DNA from: Chlorobiota bacterium
Lineage (GTDB): Bacteria > Bacteroidota > Ignavibacteria > OLB7
Direction of reading: 5' to 3'
Assembly (NCBI GenBank): GCA_021296135.1
Contig: JAGWAZ010000002.1
Span: 1,060-65,059, forward strand
Length of the DNA: 64,000 nt
The notes under the pieces were generated by a model that was not told the origin of the DNA, searched no databases, and saw nothing but the letters and a program-made list of their open reading frames with translations. Shown one piece after another: positions 57,706-64,000 of this stretch. Both the position numbers and the translations under genes were made by a program. The stretch's first letter is position 1, and every line of letters begins with the position of its first letter.

Positions 57706-58760
57706 GGAGTTGATGCAGCAATGTTCTCCCGGACCTCCTCACTGATCGGATCATTCTCGACAAAGGTTTGAGCCTTTTCAACATCCTTAACACTTCCGCA
57801 CATAAGAGGACAACGTTGATGTAGACTTTCGGGGACAAGGTCGAGAACTCGATTACGACCATCTACTGCAAGGCCACCTGCTTGCTCAATCAGCATCGCA
57901 AGAGGATTCACCTCGTACATCAGGCGCAATTTACCTCTTGGAGATTTTTTGTCTGCGGGATAGAGGAAGATGCCACCATACATCAGGGTACGGTGAACGT
58001 CAGCGACTGCCGTACCAATATATCGAAGGCTGTAGGGACGTTTCGTCTCTGAATCTTCGTCTTTCAGGTAAGCGATATAGTTTTGCATTCCCTCGTGCCA
58101 GCGTAATGAATTCCCTTCGTTAATCGAGTAATAGCCGCCATGCTCCGGCATTTTGATTGAGGGGTTTGAAAGTAGGAATTCACCAAGCGTTGGATCATAC
58201 GTGAACATATCGACGCCATTGCCGGTTGTATAGACAAGGGCCGTGCTCGAACCATAGAGCGCGTATCCGGCTGCAACCTGTCGGTAACCTGGCTGAGTCA
58301 GATCGTCCATATCACCTGTTTGATCAATGTCCGGGGAGACACGGCGGAAGATCGAGAAAATGGTGCCAATCGTGACATTTATGTCGATATTGGAAGAACC
58401 GTCCAGAGGATCGAAGAGCAGCACGTAGGAGCCTTTCTGCAGAGCGTCAGGAATCGGGATAATCCCTTCAGCCTCTTCGGACGCCATAGCACAAAGATGG
58501 CCACCGTAACGCATAGCTTTGATAATTGTCTCGTTTGAAAAATCATCGAGCTTTCGTACGGCTTCGCCATGAACGTTCTCATCACCGGTTGTGCCGAAGA
58601 CATCCGCGAATCCGGCACGGCGAACCTCGCGTGAGATAACTCGGATTGCAAGCATCAGATCGCGCAGCAGACGACTGAAGGCTCCTGTTGCATACGGATG
58701 GAGATGTTGTTGGTCGGCTATATGCCGTTCAATCGTGATCAGAGAACTTCTATACGGCAT
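57702..58760 (-). CDS. fbp: Fructose-1,6-bisphosphatase class 1
   Basis: SEE, FDPLDGSSNID, RYIG..VADVHR, GKLRLMYE. ATG 58760 overlaps the USP stop. Confidence 0.96.
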   Translation of the reverse strand: MPYRSSLITIERHIADQQHLHPYATGAFSRLLRDLMLAIRVISREVRRAGFADVFGTTGDENVHGEAVRKLDDFSNETIIKAMRYGGHLCAMASEEAEGIIPIPDALQKGSYVLLFDPLDGSSNIDINVTIGTIFSIFRRVSPDIDQTGDMDDLTQPGYRQVAAGYALYGSSTALVYTTGNGVDMFTYDPTLGEFLLSNPSIKMPEHGGYYSINEGNSLRWHEGMQNYIAYLKDEDSETKRPYSLRYIGTAVADVHRTLMYGGIFLYPADKKSPRGKLRLMYEVNPLAMLIEQAGGLAVDGRNRVLDLVPESLHQRCPLMCGSVKDVEKAQTFVENDPISEEVRENIAASTP

Positions 58761-59242
58761 TAGCGATGTTCGCGATGTGCATGTTTGTTTACTGTATTCT
58801 TTGGACGGACTGTCAATACAGGGCATGGTGCTTCACGCACCACACGTTCGGCAGTCGATCCAAAAATCAAATGTTTGAGTCCACGCCGACCGTGTGTTGC
58901 GATAATAATCAAGTCGATATCGTTCGCCGTTGCATACTCGATGATAGCCGAACTTGCCCTTCCTTGTGCCAGCGCAGTCTGAGTTTTCAGTCCGGCAAGC
59001 TCTTCCGAAGAGGCAATCTTCTCGATGTTAACCCGGGCTGACGACTCCATCTCTTCACCCAGATTCATTGTACCGATTGGGGTTAGGCCAGCTTCAGTAG
59101 GGAAGACAGCCGGCTCAATCACATTGAGTAGATGTAATTCCGCATCCCACCGTTCCGTAAACGTGCGTGCATATCCTAATGCATGATGAGCATGATCGGA
59201 AAAATCGGTCGGAGCTAATATCTTGCGAATCGAATAATGCAT
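58760..59242 (-). CDS. Universal stress protein
   Basis: KILAPTDFS, DLIIIATHGRRG, GSTAERVVR.APCPVL. ATG 59242 preferred over TTG 59326. Confidence 0.95.
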   Translation of the reverse strand: MHYSIRKILAPTDFSDHAHHALGYARTFTERWDAELHLLNVIEPAVFPTEAGLTPIGTMNLGEEMESSARVNIEKIASSEELAGLKTQTALAQGRASSAIIEYATANDIDLIIIATHGRRGLKHLIFGSTAERVVREAPCPVLTVRPKNTVNKHAHREHR

Positions 59243-59392
59243 AATCTTGTGGTTATATCTTCCGTAGTATACAGACAAGTCGCTATACATGACAACAATT
59301 TTCTTGTATGTCACTATTTCTCGCAACGTAACCCTTAAATAACTGAACTGAGCGAACGGCTGAGCAGAGGAGTCTCAAAACTATCAAATTAT

Positions 59393-60589
59393 ATGAAGGC
59401 TGAACAACTTAGGCGTATTCAGAACGCAATGAAAGAGGCAGGCGTGAAGGCGTGGCTTCTTTCGAATTTCCGCGATTCAAACGTCATTGCTTCTCGCCTC
59501 GTCGGTTTTTCTCCGGAGATCCATCAGACAAGGCGATGGGCGCTACTGATTCCTGATGAGGGAGAGCCAAAAGGACTTATTCATCGTATCGAATCACATC
59601 TTGCCCAATCGATGCCTGATTCAGTCACCTTCTATTCCAGTCAAAACGAATATGAGGATGGATTGCGGGGAATGCTTACCGGTCTTTCCGAAGTGGTGAT
59701 GGAGTACTCGCCAAAGAACGCCCTGCCTGTGGTTGCGAAAGTCGATGCAGGAACGGTTGAGCTTGTTCGTTCTTTTGGGGTAAACGTCGTCTCCTCTGGG
59801 GAGTTGATAGCACGACTTGATAGCACGCTAAGCCATGCTCAGCTCGAGTCGGCTATTCGAGCAGGTCAGGAGTGCCGTCGCGTTATGATGGAAACCTTTG
59901 GTATGATTCGAGACAGGATTCTCGCTGAAACCCCGATAACGGAGTATGATGTAGTTCAATATATTCTTGGTCAGTTTGAGACTTCAGGATTGATCGCAGA
60001 GCATGAGCCAAACTGTTCAGTAGGTCCAAACAGCGCAAATCCACACTATCAACCGACGGCTGAGTCTGCATCCCCGGTTGAGAGGGGGTCATTTGTTTTG
60101 ATCGATCTCTGGGGAAAAGAAAAGACGGAGGGATCAGTCTATGGAGATATTACCTGGACAGGATATGTTGGCGAGACTGTTCCCGATGAGTATGAAGATG
60201 TATTCCGGATTGTCCGAGATGCCCGTGATGCCGTGCTCGAGGGAGTACGGGAAGCTTTCGAGGCTGGAAGGGGAGTGACAGGGGCTGAGCTTGATGACAT
60301 TGCTCGGACCATCATTGACAATGCTGGGTATGCCGACCAATTTATCCATCGGACTGGTCATAGTATCAGTGCAGACTTGCATGGAGCCGGGACGAACCTT
60401 GATAATTTTGAGACAAGAGATGAACGACCAATTTTTCCGTCAACTTCCTTCTCGATTGAGCCAGGGGTTTACCTGCCGGATCGTTTCGGAATACGGTCTG
60501 AGTTGGATGTTGTTATCTCCGGTTCCGGAAAAATTCTGGTGCCGACGGAGCCTTTACAGGAGCACGTTATCCCTATCCTTGCTGAATAA
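59393..60589 (+). CDS. M24-family metallopeptidase (Xaa-Pro peptidase-like)
   Basis: PHY, LIDLW, DIT, HRTGH, SIEPGVY, GIRSE. Confidence 0.92.
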   Translation: MKAEQLRRIQNAMKEAGVKAWLLSNFRDSNVIASRLVGFSPEIHQTRRWALLIPDEGEPKGLIHRIESHLAQSMPDSVTFYSSQNEYEDGLRGMLTGLSEVVMEYSPKNALPVVAKVDAGTVELVRSFGVNVVSSGELIARLDSTLSHAQLESAIRAGQECRRVMMETFGMIRDRILAETPITEYDVVQYILGQFETSGLIAEHEPNCSVGPNSANPHYQPTAESASPVERGSFVLIDLWGKEKTEGSVYGDITWTGYVGETVPDEYEDVFRIVRDARDAVLEGVREAFEAGRGVTGAELDDIARTIIDNAGYADQFIHRTGHSISADLHGAGTNLDNFETRDERPIFPSTSFSIEPGVYLPDRFGIRSELDVVISGSGKILVPTEPLQEHVIPILAE

Positions 60590-60595
60590 AACTGA

Positions 60596-62455
60596 TTGAA
60601 CAGAATGGAGAAGATGAAGATGAATCGCCTCGTCATATTGCTGACCTGTTCCCTTGTGCTCTTTGTGAGGGATTCTCTTGTTGCCTGGTCGCAACCGGGA
60701 GATGAGGATCGACGCTACAGAATGGCGCAGAACTATGAGCGGGAAGGAGACCTTGCAAGTGCGGCACGCATCTACCTGGAACTGCTTGAGATTGATCCCG
60801 ATTCCCGAAGTTACTTTGATGGATTGAAAAGGACGTGGCTACAGCTTGGGAAGTTCACTGAACTTGAACCAATTGTTGCCCGACACCTTGAACAGTATAT
60901 AGACGATGTTGAGTTGCTAATACTATATGCCGAGCTTCTGCACCGGGCAGGCAAAACGAAACTGGCAGAGACGAAGTGGAGAGAGGCTCTTGATGCGGGT
61001 TCAAGAGATGTGGGGACGTACATCCTGGTAGGCGAATCCTATTCCAAACTCAGGTTGTTCAGCAGGGCTGCGGAGACATACGAAACCGCTCGCAAACGAT
61101 TTGGCCGCAATATGGTAGTGGTTGACCGTCTTGCCCGCCTTTACGCAATTCTTGGAGAGTACAAGAAGTCGGCAAATGACTATGTCGATCTTCTGGGCGA
61201 TCAGCCAGGGCGATTGAGCTACGTACAATCCGGGCTTAGCCTGATTACAGGCACACCTGCTGGTATCGAGGCTGCAATTGAAGTAACTGCCCATCTTGCC
61301 AAGGTGAGAAAGGGACGACCCGAGTATCTTGAACTCCTTGCATGGTTGTACACTGAAAAAGGAGATGACAGCTCTGCCTTTCAGACGGTTGTTCAACTCG
61401 ACAAGTCACGCAAATCGCGCGGTTCCGATCTTTACGGTTACGCCGACCGGATGCTTCGACAAGCAAAGTATGATGTAGCTATCAGTGCCTACGAATATTT
61501 TCTGGATGAGTTTGATCGGAATCATGCGTTGACCCCATCAGTTATCTACAACTACGTTTACGCCTTGCAGCAGAGATATAATGAGCAGGGGAGTCTTACA
61601 AAGGAAACCGCACACAACCTGATCAAACAATATCAGGAAGTCCTTCAATATGGAAAGAGGCATACTATTGGAGACCAAGCTATTCTGGCGATTGCCGAAC
61701 TTCAGGCTGATGTGTTGAATGATCCGAAGGAGGCATTGAAGACATTGCAAGGATCACAGATCGATCGGCGTTCACCGATTGCCGTTGAGACTCTGTTGAT
61801 GAAAGCCAGTATCACCCTCCGTCTCGGCAAACTCGATGAAGCACGTCGTCTCTACCGTGATGTAACTCTGCATCCGGTAACATCTACTGATGCAGAGAAG
61901 TATCGTGAGCTTGCCAGACTTCGATATGCTGAGACGTTGCTTTTCACCGGAGACTATACCGAAGGGGTCGATTCACTAACTACCTTGACACAGGATGTCG
62001 GTAGTGACGCTGTTAACGATGCACTTGATTGGTTGGTTCTATTGCAAGAACATCTTGAGGTCAACGATAGTGCGTTGCATCATTTTGTTCAGGGGCGGTA
62101 CGGCCAGAGAAGGCGTGACTGGGACAAGGTCATCACTGAAATGCAGGTAGCCTACCAGGTGAGTCCCGGGAGTGGACTGGCAGATGATGCTCTCTACTCG
62201 AAGGCAGAGGGACTTCGGCAACAAGGAAAGTTTGCGGAGGCAATTGAGACAGCGCTGGTGCTTGTTGAGCAATACCCGGAGGGTACTCACGCGGATCAGG
62301 CTCTCTTCTTCGCCGCCCGGGTTGCAGAGGATGATTTGGTACAAAAGGAAAAAGCTATAGAACTGTATACAAAAATCCTGATCGATTACCCTCGTTCTCA
62401 GCGTTTAGGTGAGGCACGTGATCGGATCAGATCGTTGAGAGGGGAAGGAAGCTGA
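60596..62455 (+). CDS. Exported tetratricopeptide-repeat protein
   Basis: Signal-like N-terminus, multiple TPRs, C-terminal ADDALY...YP.S...EAR.RIR.LRG. True start may be an ATG at 60605-60620. Confidence 0.85.
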   Translation: MNRMEKMKMNRLVILLTCSLVLFVRDSLVAWSQPGDEDRRYRMAQNYEREGDLASAARIYLELLEIDPDSRSYFDGLKRTWLQLGKFTELEPIVARHLEQYIDDVELLILYAELLHRAGKTKLAETKWREALDAGSRDVGTYILVGESYSKLRLFSRAAETYETARKRFGRNMVVVDRLARLYAILGEYKKSANDYVDLLGDQPGRLSYVQSGLSLITGTPAGIEAAIEVTAHLAKVRKGRPEYLELLAWLYTEKGDDSSAFQTVVQLDKSRKSRGSDLYGYADRMLRQAKYDVAISAYEYFLDEFDRNHALTPSVIYNYVYALQQRYNEQGSLTKETAHNLIKQYQEVLQYGKRHTIGDQAILAIAELQADVLNDPKEALKTLQGSQIDRRSPIAVETLLMKASITLRLGKLDEARRLYRDVTLHPVTSTDAEKYRELARLRYAETLLFTGDYTEGVDSLTTLTQDVGSDAVNDALDWLVLLQEHLEVNDSALHHFVQGRYGQRRRDWDKVITEMQVAYQVSPGSGLADDALYSKAEGLRQQGKFAEAIETALVLVEQYPEGTHADQALFFAARVAEDDLVQKEKAIELYTKILIDYPRSQRLGEARDRIRSLRGEGS

Positions 62456-62518
62456 GGATCAGGGATAAGGGCGGAGAGAAGAAGGATGAAACAATGTTGA
62501 GAGAGATAGTGAAGAACG

Positions 62519-62927
62519 TTCCGAAGTGGATCTGTACGCCGAATTCTGTACGCTACCACCAATGTGGTTACGCTGCAGTCATTTATCTGGAAACCAGATT
62601 ACTCTGATCCTCGAGCAGCCTACCCGACGCCGCTCTACCGCAGGCAGAGGAGTGGACAACTTCACGGCGTCTGCTTGGCCTTGCTCCGCGTGGGGTTTAC
62701 ACTGCCATCCCGGTTACCCGAAGATGCGGTAAGCTCTTACCTTACCATTTCACCCTTACCCACCGTGGCGGGCGGTCTCTTTTCTGTTGCACTTTCCGTC
62801 GTCTCTCCAGAATTCTACGCTAACTGGATTGGACGCCCCCGATGTTATCGGGGCACGCTGTCCTGTGGAGTTCGGACGTTCCTCTCCGATACAAAGTATC
62901 GGAGCGACTGCTCGATCCACTTCGGAA
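62519..62927 (-). ncRNA. rnpB: RNase P RNA, bacterial type A
   Basis: P1 is formed by the 62519-62532 / 62914-62927 inverted repeat. Conserved segments GAGGAACGUCCGAAC, AGUGCAACAGAAA, GGGUGAAA-GGUAAGAG, UAAACCCC-GAGCAAG, AGAUAAAUGAC and ACAGAAUUCGGCGUA are present. Confidence 0.97.
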
Positions 62928-63087
62928 TCTATCTCCTGTTGACAATGATCGTATACCGTCTTTAATAACTGAAGACGTTTATCTGAAGCCAAATCTTTTA
63001 CTCTCTTCGTCTTGGGGTATCTTGACCTGCCAGAGGCCAATGGCGATTCGAGGTGTGCAAAGAAGCATCGTGGCGCTAAATTCTCGA

Positions 63088-63816
63088 CTATACTTCAACC
63101 GATTCGGCCAATTCCTCATCCAGAAGAAGACGTCCGCAATGCTCGCAATAGAAAACCTGCTCATGTCGACGCATTTCAACCAAAGTTTGCGGTGTTACGG
63201 CTCTGAAGCAGCCTGAGCATGCTCCTTTCCTGACTTTTACGACGGCATCAGGATGCTTTGCCCGAACATAGCCGTAGCGTTCCAGTAACTTTTCGGAAAG
63301 CTCTTTCAATGCCTTTTCACGTTGCGAACGGAAGTCTTCGACCTCGTCGCTATTGCTCTCCCTGATGGAGTAGAGCGTCTCCTTCTTATCGTCGAAATTT
63401 GTTGTGATCTCATCCCTCTTTTTCTCATGAGTCTGAACCTCACGAAGTATCTCAGCTTCACGGTCGTCGAAGGCCGAGAGGGCTTTACTTAAATCTTTCG
63501 AGCGTTCTTCCGCAGCGGCAATTTCTGTTGTTGTAGCGTCATACTCCCTGTTGTTTCTGACAGTACCAAGACGTTCATTCAATTTAATTGAGCGAGTACG
63601 TAGTTCCTGCATCTGCAGATTCTCTTCATTCCGCTCACGTCTGATCTCAGAAAGCTCACTTTCAAATTCAGAAATAGTTGATTGAACCTCGGCTAATTCA
63701 GATTCAAGTTGCTTTATTTCACTTGGAAGATCACCACTTCCTGCCTCAAGGTCATCCAGTTCAAGGTCTATCTGTTGAAGGTGATAAAGCGCACGCAATG
63801 TTTGTTCCACGAACAA
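63088..63816 (-). CDS. Coiled-coil protein with C4 zinc ribbon (DUF164/HP0958-like)
   Basis: LQQID, V.NNREY, CSGC...CEHCGRLL; AGGAGG RBS before TTG. Confidence 0.92.
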   Translation of the reverse strand: MFVEQTLRALYHLQQIDLELDDLEAGSGDLPSEIKQLESELAEVQSTISEFESELSEIRRERNEENLQMQELRTRSIKLNERLGTVRNNREYDATTTEIAAAEERSKDLSKALSAFDDREAEILREVQTHEKKRDEITTNFDDKKETLYSIRESNSDEVEDFRSQREKALKELSEKLLERYGYVRAKHPDAVVKVRKGACSGCFRAVTPQTLVEMRRHEQVFYCEHCGRLLLDEELAESVEV

Positions 63817-63866
63817 TGTCCTCCTTCTGAGTCGTGAATTTTCGTAGAAGAATATACCGTTTTTAT

Positions 63867-64000
63867 TCAGACAATATATTGGATCGGATTTGTCGGCTCG
63901 TTGATACGCACTACACGAATTCCCTGATTCAGGTCCAGAACCATCTCTCCTATCAAATCGGCCATTCCGTTGACAACAAATGCCTCCGATTCTGCATGAC
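63867..64000 (-). CDS. Nif3-like (YbgI) dinuclear metal protein, 3' end only
   Basis: Too short for the ORF track. Reads HAESEAFVV...PTNPIQYIV*, matching the Nif3 C-terminal H.ESE...TNP pattern; Nif3 next to the Zn-ribbon gene is a common arrangement. Confidence 0.8.
   Translation of the reverse strand, partial: HAESEAFVVNGMADLIGEMVLDLNQGIRVVRINEPTNPIQYIV

Noticed and set aside
62526-63216. Several short ORFs overlapping rnpB
   Set aside because: The region is explained by RNase P RNA and the 3' end of the Zn-ribbon gene.

Overview
A gene-dense, mostly housekeeping window from a Gram-negative bacterium of the Bacteroidota-Chlorobiota (FCB) lineage, possibly Ignavibacteria/Kapabacteria-like. 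The lineage is inferred from the short Bacteroidota-type SigA, T9SS-type PorZ/PorU-like proteins, DUF3276 and three-subunit sdhCAB. Core genes: clpS, hutU, tmk, rpoD, split heptose kinase/adenylyltransferase, TamB-like, rlpA, holB-ricT, nadD, ribH, thiolase, fmt, sdhCAB, ftsE, pdxA, fbp, USP, M24 peptidase, RNase P RNA, Zn-ribbon and partial Nif3. There are two decayed IS remnants (IS1182/IS5-like and IS3) and an internally deleted ypdA pseudogene. I saw no CRISPR array, rRNA, tRNA or prophage. Two things stand out. (1) A dispersed, eukaryote-like sphingolipid toolkit: a methyltransferase whose motifs track fungal sphingolipid C9-methyltransferase rather than ordinary Cfa, a bacterial ceramide-synthase-like GNAT just downstream of a TamB-like bridge, and an Scs7/FA2H-like hydroxylase. 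(2) A Wza/Wzz/GT4/O-antigen-ligase-like operon whose last gene overlaps a 1994-aa PorU-like C25 peptidase carrying two ILEI-type lectin-like inserts, a candidate system for anchoring secreted proteins to a dedicated polysaccharide. All family calls come from motif recognition by eye; no searches were run.
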